From Bdellovibrionota bacterium (lineage in GTDB: Bacteria; Bdellovibrionota; UBA1018; CAIPTA01; JAALKR01), in assembly GCA_965207455.1 (NCBI GenBank), contig CBDBMJ010000003.1, positions 160,001 to 224,000 of the forward strand: a DNA stretch of 64,000 nucleotides, written 5' to 3'. Under the pieces are notes generated by a model. That model was given only the letters and a program-made list of their open reading frames with translations. It was not told where the DNA came from and made no database searches. The translations under genes and the position numbers were made by a program. Positions 47,483 to 57,916 of this stretch are shown here, in pieces; position 1 is the first letter of the stretch; every line of letters begins with the position of its first letter.

Positions 47483-49663
47483 TTAAGTTTGTATTCTTTC
47501 CACACTAATAATGCCCGCCTTTCTCTCCAATGAAGAGATGAGATGGTTTAATTGCTCAACATTTTTTATCATAACTTCAAAAATACAGACGGCTTGACTT
47601 TCTTTTGTGGTTTGTACCGTAGCCTGAGAAATATTTACATTATCTGCGCTAATAGATTTTGTCATCTCCGCTAGTAACCCGGGCGTATCTTCACAGTATA
47701 CCTTTATTTTCACATTACGGTAAAAGGAACGAGGCGCGCCATCGGCTCCTTTCATATTCCATTCCACATAAATTTTACGATCTTGATTACCCTCCATACC
47801 CTTTGCGCATTTTGCAGTATGTACGGTGACCCCTCTGCCCCTTGTAATAAAACCAAAAATGGAATCTCCCGGAATGGGACTGCAACATTTTCCAAATCGA
47901 ATAAGTACATTGTCCACTCCGTCCACTGTAACCGCATTTCGAGCTTCACTTTTCTTAGTGGCCGAATCTAAAACTTTTTGAAAAAAACTTTGTTCTCTCT
48001 CTGTTTCATTTGTTTTTTCATCTATTAGAGCGGCAGGAATTATCTTTTGTACGGCTTCCTTTCCAATAATGCGACCAAAACCAATCTTCACATATAAACT
48101 CTCAATGTTATTACAACTCAAATCGGGAAGCGCCTTGGTTATTTCCCCCGATTTTAACATTCTCTCCAAGGTGAGTTTATACCTGCGAAACTCCCGATCA
48201 AGAATCTCTTTGCCAATCTCTTGAGCTTTTTCACGCTCCTCCTGCTTGAAATAGTACCGGAGCTTAGACATAGCCTTGCTGCTTCGTACAACCTTTAACC
48301 AATCCTTGCTGGGCTTTTGTGTTTTAGAGGTAATAATAGATACAGTGTCTCCGCTACATAAATTATAACGTAAAGAAACCATTTTCCCATTTACTTTTGC
48401 TCCTGTACAGGCGTGCCCCACGTCGGTATGAACAGAATAAGCAAAATCAATGGGCGTGGACCCTGCCACTAACTCCTTCACCTGCCCCTTAGGCGTAAAC
48501 ACATAAACCCCCACATCATAAAGATTCATGCGCACAGATTCAAGGAACTCGTTGGGATCTTTTAAATTTTGATGGGCCTCCATCAAACGATTTAACCAAT
48601 CCATGTGTAGCTTATTTTCCGAATGCCCTTCCTTATATTTCCAGTGAGCTGCCACTCCAGAACGGGAAATTTCATACATCTCATGGGTACATATTTGAAT
48701 CTCTAGGCGCTCTCCAGAGGAACCAATTACCGTAGTATGCAATGCTTGGTAGTTATTGGGCTTTGGCATAGCAATATAATCCTTAAATCTGCCTGCCACT
48801 GGCTTAAAAGCAGAATGGATCACGCCCAGGGACTTATAACATTCAGTAATGTTATCCACCACAATACGAAAAGCAATAATATCATTGATACTTTCCGGAG
48901 GAATATTATTGGATTCCATTTTTTTATAAATAGAATAAATATGCTTGAGTCGGCCTGAGAATTTTGCATCAATTCTATACTCTTCTAATGCTTCCTGAAT
49001 ATAGCTTTTTACCTTTTCCATATAAACATCACGCTTAGCTTTATGATTCACCATAAATGTTTCAATCTTTTGATACATCTCTGGCTTCAAGTAGCGCAAA
49101 CATAAATCCTCTAATTCAACCTTCATCCATTCAATTCCCAGTCGGTTTGCTAGAGGCGCATAAATATCTAAAGTCTCTTCTGCAATGGCTCTTTGCTTAT
49201 TTTCTGGTAAATGCTCTAACGTCTGCATATTATGTGTGCGGTCAGCTAACTTCACAAGAATTACCCTAAGGTCTTTTGCCACAGCCACAATCATTTTACG
49301 AAAGTTTTCCGCTTGCTTTTCTTCCGTAGTTCGGAAATTAATCCGGGAAATTTTTGTGACTGCATCCACTAAAAAGGATATGGAAGGACCAAACAAACTC
49401 TCTATCTCTTCTAAATCTGCCTCAGTGTCTTCAACTGTATCATGGAGTAAACCCGTGATAATGGAATCCAAATCCAATCGGAGTTCCGCTAAAATTATAG
49501 CCACGCTAATAGGATGAATAATATAATCTTCCCCACTGTGGCGCTTTTGTCCTCTGTGTTTGTCGCTAGCAAACTGAAAGGCTTTTTTCACAAGCTTCAA
49601 GTTAACTTCTGGATAATAATCCAAAAGTTTTTTTTCCAATATGGCAAAAGAAGCTGCTGGCAT
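47483..49663 (-). CDS. spoT: Bifunctional (p)ppGpp synthetase/hydrolase (RelA/SpoT homolog)
   Basis: HRGQKR, LLHDTVED, KLADRTHNM, FKDYIAMPK, AAHWKYK; TGS, CC and ACT domains. Confidence 0.95.
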   Translation of the reverse strand: MPAASFAILEKKLLDYYPEVNLKLVKKAFQFASDKHRGQKRHSGEDYIIHPISVAIILAELRLDLDSIITGLLHDTVEDTEADLEEIESLFGPSISFLVDAVTKISRINFRTTEEKQAENFRKMIVAVAKDLRVILVKLADRTHNMQTLEHLPENKQRAIAEETLDIYAPLANRLGIEWMKVELEDLCLRYLKPEMYQKIETFMVNHKAKRDVYMEKVKSYIQEALEEYRIDAKFSGRLKHIYSIYKKMESNNIPPESINDIIAFRIVVDNITECYKSLGVIHSAFKPVAGRFKDYIAMPKPNNYQALHTTVIGSSGERLEIQICTHEMYEISRSGVAAHWKYKEGHSENKLHMDWLNRLMEAHQNLKDPNEFLESVRMNLYDVGVYVFTPKGQVKELVAGSTPIDFAYSVHTDVGHACTGAKVNGKMVSLRYNLCSGDTVSIITSKTQKPSKDWLKVVRSSKAMSKLRYYFKQEEREKAQEIGKEILDREFRRYKLTLERMLKSGEITKALPDLSCNNIESLYVKIGFGRIIGKEAVQKIIPAALIDEKTNETEREQSFFQKVLDSATKKSEARNAVTVDGVDNVLIRFGKCCSPIPGDSIFGFITRGRGVTVHTAKCAKGMEGNQDRKIYVEWNMKGADGAPRSFYRNVKIKVYCEDTPGLLAEMTKSISADNVNISQATVQTTKESQAVCIFEVMIKNVEQLNHLISSLERKAGIISVERIQT

Positions 49664-49664
49664 A

Positions 49665-50261
49665 TTACAACTTCTCCACTGTACTTGTTGCGGCTATCAA
49701 AAAATTGCATATTTCCAAAAATGTTTTATCTAAATTGTGGTTAGTAACCACAAAATCAAATTCATCTTTATGGAAAATTTCTTCTTGAGCAGCCAAAAGC
49801 CGCTTTTCTATCACCTCTGCCGTATCCATGGAACGAGCTACCAAACGCTGCCTTAGTACCTCCATGCTAGGAGGAAGAATGAAAATACTGATAAGCTCTT
49901 TAGCAAATATTTGCTGCAAGCTCTGCACCCCTTGAACGTCTATATCGAATAGAACAATTTTTTCTTTCTTTCTTTCTGCTTCCAAACGCAATAGGCTTGT
50001 ACCATAGTCATGCTCATGTACAGTAGCCCACTCCAAAAAATAGCCATTCTCCCTCATCTCTTTAAACTCTTCTTTTGTAATAAAAAAATAATCTTCTCCA
50101 TCTTCCTCTTCTCCCCTGGGCGGCCTCGACGTATGAGAAATGGAAAGAGAAAGATTTGCGTATTTTTCCAAGAGCATGGAACAAATAGTAGTCTTCCCAG
50201 CGCCACTGGGGGCTGCAATAGCAATATAGAATTTTTTATTGTGAATAGATAAACTAGCCAT
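49665..50261 (-). CDS. gmk: Guanylate kinase
   Basis: APSGAGKTT, SHTSRPPRGEE, YGT and DIDVQG. Confidence 0.95.
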   Translation of the reverse strand: MASLSIHNKKFYIAIAAPSGAGKTTICSMLLEKYANLSLSISHTSRPPRGEEEDGEDYFFITKEEFKEMRENGYFLEWATVHEHDYGTSLLRLEAERKKEKIVLFDIDVQGVQSLQQIFAKELISIFILPPSMEVLRQRLVARSMDTAEVIEKRLLAAQEEIFHKDEFDFVVTNHNLDKTFLEICNFLIAATSTVEKL

Positions 50262-50263
50262 GA

Positions 50264-51169
50264 TTACTCCAAATTCTGTATTTGCTCCCGAATTTTGTCC
50301 AAGCCAAGCCTCACCTCTATACTACGATTCGTAATTTCAATTTCTCCCGCTTTGGCTCCCAAGGTATTGGCTTCTCTCATTATTTCCTGCACAAGAAAAT
50401 CTAAGCGTTTTCCAAGAGCACTTTTTTCATTTTTCACCAGTAAACCTTGAAACTGACTCAAATGACTGTCTATGCGATCCAACTCCTCACTAATATCACT
50501 ACGATCCACATAATAGGCCACCTCCTGCAAAAGCCGGGATTCATCCAATTTTGCATTTATAAATTGAGGTAATTTTTGAATTCGAAGGTGTAGACGATCT
50601 TCCATTCGTTTACGAACACCACTAGCTAAAGTTTTAATCTCTTTCATGTACCTGGTAATTTCATGAAGCTCTTTCTGTAAAACTTTTACAATGGCTTCCC
50701 CTTCTTTACAACGCATTTGAAGGAGCTCCACAATAGCTTCTTCCAAAGCTTTGTCCAAGAGCTCAAAAATTTCTTTTGTTTCATCCTCTGCTCGAGGTGC
50801 TTCTTCCGTAATAAATGTGTTCGGCAAACGAAGCAAACTACTCACACTCAAGCCGCTGGGAATGCCCAATTTTTTAGCAATAGTTCCTATGCTCTCGGAA
50901 TAGGTGGCAACAGAGGACTCGTTTATGGGAGTAATAAGACTTGGGTCTAGGATTTTATGGTAAACATAAACTTCAATCGTGCCTCTCTCAATAGACGTGC
51001 GCAGCCTTTTCTTTAAGGCATACTCCCAGACGGAAAGAACTCGAGGCAGTTTTGCACGCAAGTCGAAATGTTTTCCGTTGACTGTCTTGAGTTCAACTTG
51101 AACTTGGAATTTGGAAGAGACTTTAGTACCACGACCAAAACCCGTCATGGAATAAATTTTTGAATCCAC
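50264..51169 (-). CDS. yicC: YicC-family endoribonuclease
   Basis: SMTGFGR, DISEELDR, GKRLDFLVQEIMREANTLGAK and REQIQNLE. Confidence 0.93.
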   Translation of the reverse strand: MDSKIYSMTGFGRGTKVSSKFQVQVELKTVNGKHFDLRAKLPRVLSVWEYALKKRLRTSIERGTIEVYVYHKILDPSLITPINESSVATYSESIGTIAKKLGIPSGLSVSSLLRLPNTFITEEAPRAEDETKEIFELLDKALEEAIVELLQMRCKEGEAIVKVLQKELHEITRYMKEIKTLASGVRKRMEDRLHLRIQKLPQFINAKLDESRLLQEVAYYVDRSDISEELDRIDSHLSQFQGLLVKNEKSALGKRLDFLVQEIMREANTLGAKAGEIEITNRSIEVRLGLDKIREQIQNLE

Positions 51170-51179
51170 AGGTCATCTC

Positions 51180-52166
51180 CTATTTTGTAAGATCCGTACG
51201 TTCTATAAACTGAGAACCCATCGCACGAAATCTCGCTGTCCGCTCTTTCTTTAATGTCTCACCAGACTTTTCCATCAGCTTCTTAAGATGAAACTTGAGT
51301 CGCTTCTCCAGTATTTTTGCCGACTCCTGATGATCTTGGTGACAACCCCCCTGGGGCTCCGGCACAATCTCATGAATTACACCTAGAGAAAGAGCATCCT
51401 CTGCACCCATTTTTAATACTTGGGCAGCTTTTTTGTGCTGACCGCTGTCGCTCCAAAGAATCGAGGCACAACTCTCCGGAGAAATCACAGAATATATGGA
51501 AAACTCTTGCATCAGTAGACGGTCTGCCACCGCAATCGCCAACGCTCCACCTGATCCACCCTCTCCAATCACCACGCCAATAACGGGAACCTCTAGGGAA
51601 AACATGCGCATAATACTGTCGGCAATGGCTTCACTTTGCCCCCGCTCCTCAGCACCCAAGCCAGGGTACGCCCCAGGCGTATCAATAAATGTAATAATGG
51701 GTATCGAAAATCGACTAGCCAGATCCATCAAACGAATAGCCTTCCGGTACCCTTCAGGCTTTGCCATACCAAAGTTTCGCTTTATTTTTTCCTTCGTCCC
51801 ACGACCCTTCTGTTGACCAATCACCATCACGGGTTGTTTGCCTAAATTCCCTAGACCACCGATAATGGCCGGGTCGTCTTGAAATTTTCTGTCTCCATGG
51901 AGCTCCTGAAAATCCGTGAAAATATGCTCTATATAATTAAGGGTATAGGGACGGTTGGGATGACGAGACAACTGCACTCGCTGCCAAGGCGTGAGCTTTC
52001 CATAGACCTCACGGGTAAGCTGCTTGAGCTTGCTTTGCAGCGCATTAATCTCCCCACTGAAATCTATACCCCCATGACGAGACATGCCCTGCAACTCTTG
52101 AATTTTTTTCTCCAAGTCTAAAATAGGCTGTTCGAAGTCGTAGTTCTGGTCCATAAACAATGCCAC
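51180..52166 (-). CDS. accA: Acetyl-CoA carboxylase carboxyltransferase alpha subunit
   Basis: RHPNRPY, ELHGDR, PEGYRKA, IDTPGAYPG and GEGGSGGALA. Confidence 0.96.
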   Translation of the reverse strand: MALFMDQNYDFEQPILDLEKKIQELQGMSRHGGIDFSGEINALQSKLKQLTREVYGKLTPWQRVQLSRHPNRPYTLNYIEHIFTDFQELHGDRKFQDDPAIIGGLGNLGKQPVMVIGQQKGRGTKEKIKRNFGMAKPEGYRKAIRLMDLASRFSIPIITFIDTPGAYPGLGAEERGQSEAIADSIMRMFSLEVPVIGVVIGEGGSGGALAIAVADRLLMQEFSIYSVISPESCASILWSDSGQHKKAAQVLKMGAEDALSLGVIHEIVPEPQGGCHQDHQESAKILEKRLKFHLKKLMEKSGETLKKERTARFRAMGSQFIERTDLTK

Positions 52167-52210
52167 AATAGCAAGCTAAGTGCCAAACCGCAAGGTAAAG
52201 GCTTTTAGTC

Positions 52211-52245
52211 AAAAAAAAGCCCTCCTTATGTCTAAAGAGAGCTTT
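52211..52245 (-). terminator. Intrinsic terminator of 52275-52919
   Basis: Minus strand AAAGCTCTCTTT-AGACAT-AAGGAGGGC followed by a T run. Confidence 0.65.
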
Positions 52246-52274
52246 CTATTTCTAGTCTGTGGTGAAAGGAAAGT

Positions 52275-52919
52275 TTATTCGCACTTACTACTAGTAAAGG
52301 TTTCTCGCGATTGAGGCGAAGCAGTCATCGCAGCATAAACTGAATTCATATATTGTTCAACATAGACTCTAATTTCTTTTTCTGTAAAACCATACTTCAC
52401 TGCCCTCTCTTCATCCGACATTTTCATTAATTCTGATACGGGATGATGATCCGCTCCAGATTCTAAATCTGTCTTTACTTCCTGCCATAGCTGATCTATC
52501 AGTTTACAACTAATAAATAAAATTCCTCGACTATGTCCTTCAATATACCCTTTAGCAAATGCTCTCTTGGATATATCTGTGGTTTTTGCACCCTCTTTTA
52601 CTTGCTTCATTCGAGCATTACTCACATCTCGAGGATCGAGGGACATTGAGTGATAAGCCTCAGGCGATGCATGATCCTCCTCCCAACCTATAACTTTACC
52701 CAGACCTCCGTTCAAAATTCCTTCCCTATACCCAGTAAAGTGCCCAACATAGAATTCACGCAATGCTTTCAACTGCTCTGTTTGATCGTAGACTTTCAGA
52801 ACTCGAGTAGATCTATGTGGTGTGGGACTACCAAATGCGCTGGGATTATTATCAGCAGCATTTCCAACGGTTGGTAATGCTATGGCAAGTGCCATTGCTG
52901 TAATTGTTAATTTTTTCAT
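52275..52919 (-). CDS. Secreted hypothetical protein
   Basis: AGGAG RBS, MKKLTITAMALAIA signal peptide; GYREG/GYIEG motifs. Confidence 0.65.
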   Translation of the reverse strand: MKKLTITAMALAIALPTVGNAADNNPSAFGSPTPHRSTRVLKVYDQTEQLKALREFYVGHFTGYREGILNGGLGKVIGWEEDHASPEAYHSMSLDPRDVSNARMKQVKEGAKTTDISKRAFAKGYIEGHSRGILFISCKLIDQLWQEVKTDLESGADHHPVSELMKMSDEERAVKYGFTEKEIRVYVEQYMNSVYAAMTASPQSRETFTSSKCE

Positions 52920-53075
52920 TATTGCTTTTCTCCTTTGTTTTGAACTGCATGCAAGCACGCTAGTTCGGTTTACTGCTTAACTTGATGCATTATGCCCAAT
53001 ATAACGCATAAAGTCAATCTTATTTTAAGTGATACAGAAAAACTGCAAGTGTCTGAATTTAAAGAAAGAATCTCT

Positions 53076-54428
53076 TTATGCGCTCACATTCACATCATTG
53101 AGTAGGCTGTAGTGGGGGCCATAATAGGCCTGCCTTCCGTCCATTCCATTAACATTGATAAGAGTGGAGGTATCGGACCAGCGTATTTTAGAAAAATTTG
53201 TGGGAAATTTTCCAGACAAGCTCCCGCCCTTTATATAGGTGACGGTATTTTTTTCGTTATCGTATAGGCGAGCTAGGCGAATTTCGGAAGAGAAAGTTAA
53301 GTCATTGGCAGAAGTAAATAGACCTGAGAATTGTAGTATTTCTAAAACCTGAGGCGCACTTTTGCGAAGCGAATCCACGGACTGAGATTGTTGTGGCTCT
53401 AGGACTACTGTGCCTTGGTTGGTGGTAACTTCTTTTTTTAAGTAGTCGGAAAACTTTTTTTCCGACGGATTGCAAATAATCTGATTGTCTTTTGCCAGCA
53501 CTTGTTTTTTTTGTGCATCCCCATAGCTATCAAATAAACAAGAGCCAAAAGAATGGATCATCTCTGGATCTAGGGATAGAGAAAAGGGGTGACCTTCAAA
53601 ATTAGGAATGAGTGGTTTTCCCGTTTCCATAAACGGAGTATTGAAATATTTATTTCTAGTGTTTAGCTGAGACAATACATCGCTAAATATTGGACACATA
53701 TCTGCGGCACTCAACAGTACGGCATACTTGCCCGTTTTTGGTCCTTCCTTAGTAAGAGAGTATTTTGCAAAATCCGCTGATTGAGTGCACATTTTCGGAA
53801 AGTCCATCTGCTTGGAACTACCCGACCATTGGGTAAGTAAAAACTCCTCGGCCATGTTTTCATTTTTTTCGGAAAAACAAACTTCCGTATAAATTTGGGT
53901 TTGAAAATTTTCACCGCAAAAACCGTTGCTCAAAAAAAGTTCTCTCCGGTCTCGTGAGACAAATAACTCTGCTGAATTAAAATGTCCCTGCTCCGTGTTT
54001 TGTATGGCTTCCACTAAGTTCTTGCCCATCTCCTCTGTACTCGCACCCAAGTTTTCCCAAATAAGGGGGTCGGCTCGATTCTTATGGGGAATTTTCGGTG
54101 GGTTTTCCTGCAAGCTCCAACGCTCCTCTTCTCCTAGGTGAGCTGTTGCTATAAGGGTTTCTACTTGTTGATGGAGGTTGTTTGTAAAGAAAAACTTTTT
54201 TCCAGCAGCGCCAAGTTTTTTCTCTTTAGAGACTTCTATGGAAACGTAAAGAAGTTTCTCTTGGACAAATCGACGTTGATCCAGGGATGCGGTTTGTGTC
54301 TTGTCTTGAATAAAGTAGGCCTCTTCCCTGTCTGTGGAAATGTTTCTTACCGTCCATTGAAAAATGGATCCATCTTTTTTTTTGGCTTCCAGTTCTTTTA
54401 GTAAATTATCTATCGTCCAATTTTCCAT
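53076..54428 (-). CDS. TldE/PmbA-like subunit (divergent)
   Basis: Follows tldD; GKYAVLL, FDSYG and FSSEIRLA. Confidence 0.7.
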   Translation of the reverse strand: MENWTIDNLLKELEAKKKDGSIFQWTVRNISTDREEAYFIQDKTQTASLDQRRFVQEKLLYVSIEVSKEKKLGAAGKKFFFTNNLHQQVETLIATAHLGEEERWSLQENPPKIPHKNRADPLIWENLGASTEEMGKNLVEAIQNTEQGHFNSAELFVSRDRRELFLSNGFCGENFQTQIYTEVCFSEKNENMAEEFLLTQWSGSSKQMDFPKMCTQSADFAKYSLTKEGPKTGKYAVLLSAADMCPIFSDVLSQLNTRNKYFNTPFMETGKPLIPNFEGHPFSLSLDPEMIHSFGSCLFDSYGDAQKKQVLAKDNQIICNPSEKKFSDYLKKEVTTNQGTVVLEPQQSQSVDSLRKSAPQVLEILQFSGLFTSANDLTFSSEIRLARLYDNEKNTVTYIKGGSLSGKFPTNFSKIRWSDTSTLINVNGMDGRQAYYGPHYSLLNDVNVSA

Positions 54429-54430
54429 AA

Positions 54431-56026
54431 CTACCCCAACAACACATTATCAACAAGCATGTAAGGACCACCGGAGCCGGCTTGCACCAACTCTTTGTGG
54501 TACTTTCCACAACCGCCAACCTTATTCAAGGGATGGTGACAAGTGTCCTGCTCCACCTTGTCTGCCTCTATTTTTGACTTCATTAAAATGGAATTAAGGT
54601 AATCGGGAGTATAGCCCGTCATTTGCACGGAACCGCCACTGGGACCATGAAACACTTGCCCCGTAAGTTTGCCGTCCTTGATTTCCTCCAAGTATGCAAT
54701 GCCAACTTGGATTCCCATACCTTTGGGATCTTCCATACCTCCGGCAGGATGGTGGGCTAAAAAACCATAGTCCACGGCCTTGAGGAGTTCGTCTAAGGTA
54801 TGTGTACCTTCGCTAAAGTAGGTATTGGTTTGACGAGTATACACTCCATGGGACCAACACTCCCGTTTTCCATTGGCTGTTCGGGGTACGGATAGGCGAA
54901 TGGCCGACGTTAGGTTTGTCATGGGGGACTGGAGAACTCCTCCCTTTACTAAGTATTGTTTTTTCGCTAGCCAACCTTCTTCGTCGAAATAATAGGAACC
55001 CCAGGCACCGAATCCTTGATCCGCATTTTTATAAATAGCTGGGTTATTGAGTATAGTCGCTAGTGCATTCCCCACAGATTCTTTGCTGTGGTAAAGTTCC
55101 CAAGCCTTCGACCGACCTCTAGCGCAGGTGTCTCCCTCCTGAGAGTGACCAAATGCCTCGTGGGCAAATACACCCGCAATATCGGGGCCCATAAGTAATT
55201 TATAGCGACCCGCCTTTAACGGTTTTGCTCCCAGTTGCTTCTCCAGCATGAAATATATTTCTTCCAACGATTCTGGGTCAAAGTGTACGGTTTCTCGTCC
55301 ACCCAGACCACCGTCCACGCAATAGCCCCGTTCTCCTTTTTTCATTGCCATGCCCGTTACTCGATTGCGCAGCAAGGACTGGGAAAGATTCACCTGTGCG
55401 TCCATAAAAAAGTAGTCCTCTTTGCTAAGAGCGAGAGAGGCTAGGCTAAAGTCCACATTTTTACAGGGATGGTTGGGGGGAAGTTTTTTTGCATACTCTT
55501 GAATCTCTTGCAAGTATTTTTCTACATACGTCATCGCTTGGGCATCCTCTGTCCAAAGCATTTCCTGAGAAGGAGTTCCAAAGTGTACATGGGTGTCTGG
55601 CTGTGGGTTAGGAGGAATTTGGCTCAAAAGCTCTGGTTCAAAGGCTCCTTCTTCCTCTAGGCGCTCCTTCCAAGTGGGAGCTTTATAGTACTTTGGTTTT
55701 CCTGTGGGGTTTTGGGGGATTCTTTTTACTAAATCAGATGCCTGATTTTCTAGATGGGATTTTTCCAAGGAGTCCGTTGCTTGTTCGTATAAAGTGAAGC
55801 CGTCGTAAATTCGTAGTACCACTCCTTGGCGAATATTCTCTGAGCTTGCTTGACCACGTTGGTTTCGTGTAAAAATCTTTTCTCCACGTCGTTCCAGCAG
55901 TACAGACACATACCATTGGGGATTGGGTGCTTGGAGAATATCGAGAAGCTTGGACAAATGGGTGTGGGTGGATGTGAGATAGGGTTCTGGGGTGGCCCGT
56001 ATAGGTGCTCTGTTCTGTTTTTCCAT
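54431..56026 (-). CDS. tldD: TldD-family metalloprotease
   Basis: GVFAHEAFGH, FDEEG, TANGKR, RQTNTY and GCGK. Confidence 0.9.
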   Translation of the reverse strand: MEKQNRAPIRATPEPYLTSTHTHLSKLLDILQAPNPQWYVSVLLERRGEKIFTRNQRGQASSENIRQGVVLRIYDGFTLYEQATDSLEKSHLENQASDLVKRIPQNPTGKPKYYKAPTWKERLEEEGAFEPELLSQIPPNPQPDTHVHFGTPSQEMLWTEDAQAMTYVEKYLQEIQEYAKKLPPNHPCKNVDFSLASLALSKEDYFFMDAQVNLSQSLLRNRVTGMAMKKGERGYCVDGGLGGRETVHFDPESLEEIYFMLEKQLGAKPLKAGRYKLLMGPDIAGVFAHEAFGHSQEGDTCARGRSKAWELYHSKESVGNALATILNNPAIYKNADQGFGAWGSYYFDEEGWLAKKQYLVKGGVLQSPMTNLTSAIRLSVPRTANGKRECWSHGVYTRQTNTYFSEGTHTLDELLKAVDYGFLAHHPAGGMEDPKGMGIQVGIAYLEEIKDGKLTGQVFHGPSGGSVQMTGYTPDYLNSILMKSKIEADKVEQDTCHHPLNKVGGCGKYHKELVQAGSGGPYMLVDNVLLG

Positions 56027-56083
56027 CTGAAACTCCTTTTTAGTCGTTTTATTTTTAACAAATCTATAGTAAAAACTCAAGGT

Positions 56084-57214
56084 ATGCGTAAATCTACTCT
56101 CTTAGCCTTATCACTTCCACTTTTGGCCTCTTTTCTTCTTTATTCCTATCCTGCCTTGGCAGACCTCAGATCTATTAAGCTCCCTCCAGGGTTTCGTATC
56201 TCTGTATTTGCGCAGAATGTCCCAGGAGCCCGTTCCCTTAGCCTCGGTCCCAAGGGGATCGTGTTTGTGGGCAGTAGGCAAGGTGAGGTATACGCATTGG
56301 AGGACAAGGACGGAGATTTTCGTGCAGAAAAAGTATATACGGTTGCCCGTAACCTAAACTTCCCCAATGGGGTGGCCTACTATAAGAAACACCTTTATAT
56401 TGCAGAAATTGACAAAATACTTCGCATCAAAAATATAAGCCAACACCTTCGCACCTCCACAACTACCCCGGAGGTGATCTATGAGAATCTTCCCAAGAAG
56501 AGCCACCATGGTTGGAAGTTTATTGCCTTTGGACCGGATGGAAAGCTTTATATTCCAGTGGGTGCTCCATGCAATATTTGTGACGACAAAACAGGACCAT
56601 TTGCAAAAATATTGAGATTAAATATAGCGGCAAAAGAAATAAAAAAGGAGAAACTAGAGGTGGTTGCCCACGGGGTTCGCAATACGGTTGGCTTCGACTG
56701 GCATCCAGAAACAAAGAAGTTATGGTTTACTGATAATGGGCGAGATCTTTTGGGGGACGATCAACCACCTGATGAGTTAAACCGGGTCTCCAAAAGCGGC
56801 AATCATTTTGGCTATCCCTTTTGCCATGGAGGCGACATCCTAGAACCTACTGTCCTGGCAAGAAATCGTCTCTGCTCCGAGTTCGTCGCTCCAGTAAGAA
56901 AATTAGGTGCCCATGTGGCAGCCCTTGGCATGCGTTTTTATAGAGGAAAGCAATTTCCTAAAAAGTACCATAATCAAATTTTTATTGCAGAACATGGTTC
57001 CTGGAATCGAAGCTCAAAAAGTGGCTATCGTATTACCTTAGTGACCATGAAAAATAACGGGGCAAAGCCCACCTATACATCCTTTGCCACTGGTTGGTTA
57101 CAGGGAGAAAAGGTTTCCGGCAGACCGGTGGATGTTCTCAATATGCCAGACGGATCTTTACTTGTCTCCGACGATCTCAGCGGCCAAGTTTACCGTATTT
57201 CTTATAAAAAATAA
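56084..57214 (+). CDS. Sorbosone/glucose dehydrogenase-family beta-propeller protein
   Basis: IKLPPGF, FGPDGKLY, GAPCNIC, GVRNTVGFDW, HGSWNRS and DGSLLVSDD. Confidence 0.92.
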   Translation: MRKSTLLALSLPLLASFLLYSYPALADLRSIKLPPGFRISVFAQNVPGARSLSLGPKGIVFVGSRQGEVYALEDKDGDFRAEKVYTVARNLNFPNGVAYYKKHLYIAEIDKILRIKNISQHLRTSTTTPEVIYENLPKKSHHGWKFIAFGPDGKLYIPVGAPCNICDDKTGPFAKILRLNIAAKEIKKEKLEVVAHGVRNTVGFDWHPETKKLWFTDNGRDLLGDDQPPDELNRVSKSGNHFGYPFCHGGDILEPTVLARNRLCSEFVAPVRKLGAHVAALGMRFYRGKQFPKKYHNQIFIAEHGSWNRSSKSGYRITLVTMKNNGAKPTYTSFATGWLQGEKVSGRPVDVLNMPDGSLLVSDDLSGQVYRISYKK

Positions 57215-57225
57215 TAGAGGGAGGG

Positions 57226-57900
57226 TTATTCTTCGAACAGGTCTTCATAAAATTGACTATACTCTCCGGTCCCCTCAAGGAACGTCATACTAAACAAGCT
57301 AAAGATAAAAAGTAAAAATAAAAGAAATAAAAATAAAAGTACCTGTGGTGTGAACACCACAAGCAGTGCCCGGGAAGAAGAGGTGGCAAATTGTTCTCGA
57401 ATGGCAATTACAAGCAAAGCAATTGTGGCAACATACGCCAGCAAGCCCCCTAATACGGGAACAACGGAAAGCCAAGAAGCAACAATGGCACAGCCTAAAA
57501 TTTTCAAGCAGGTTTTTTGATTCATATTTTCATGGCTAGGAAGGAATATTTTTGCAAATACATAGAGAATAATAGAATTGATAAAAAGCCAGGGAAGTAT
57601 GAAAAACGGATGCAGTAGGGCCTTGGCACTGGAGAAGAGAAATGCTCGCCCTTGATCCATGGAATCTGCCCCATCTACAGTGAGATAGCTACCAATCCAA
57701 TCGGAGAAAAATGTTGTGATGATGGCAAGTGATAGGGATTGGAAGAAAAATAAAAAAAGTGCGCTCAGCCAAGAGCTGAGTAAGCCCAGTGCTAGCACTT
57801 TGTGCAGATCTATTTCATTGAAGTCTCGACGAAAGAATGACGCTGGTTCCAGAAGAATGGATTGGCAGTAGTGTAGGTAGCTGCGAATAATTTGAGGCAT
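57226..57900 (-). CDS. YIP1-family membrane protein
   Basis: ILLEPASFF, about five TMs, VVPVLGGLL. Confidence 0.75.
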   Translation of the reverse strand: MPQIIRSYLHYCQSILLEPASFFRRDFNEIDLHKVLALGLLSSWLSALFLFFFQSLSLAIITTFFSDWIGSYLTVDGADSMDQGRAFLFSSAKALLHPFFILPWLFINSIILYVFAKIFLPSHENMNQKTCLKILGCAIVASWLSVVPVLGGLLAYVATIALLVIAIREQFATSSSRALLVVFTPQVLLFLFLLFLLFIFSLFSMTFLEGTGEYSQFYEDLFEE

Positions 57901-57916
57901 GTTGTTTTATTTATTC

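Noticed and set aside
53076..56026. TldD/E as part of a RiPP cluster
   Set aside because: No precursor or modifying enzymes are adjacent; this looks like an ordinary standalone pair.
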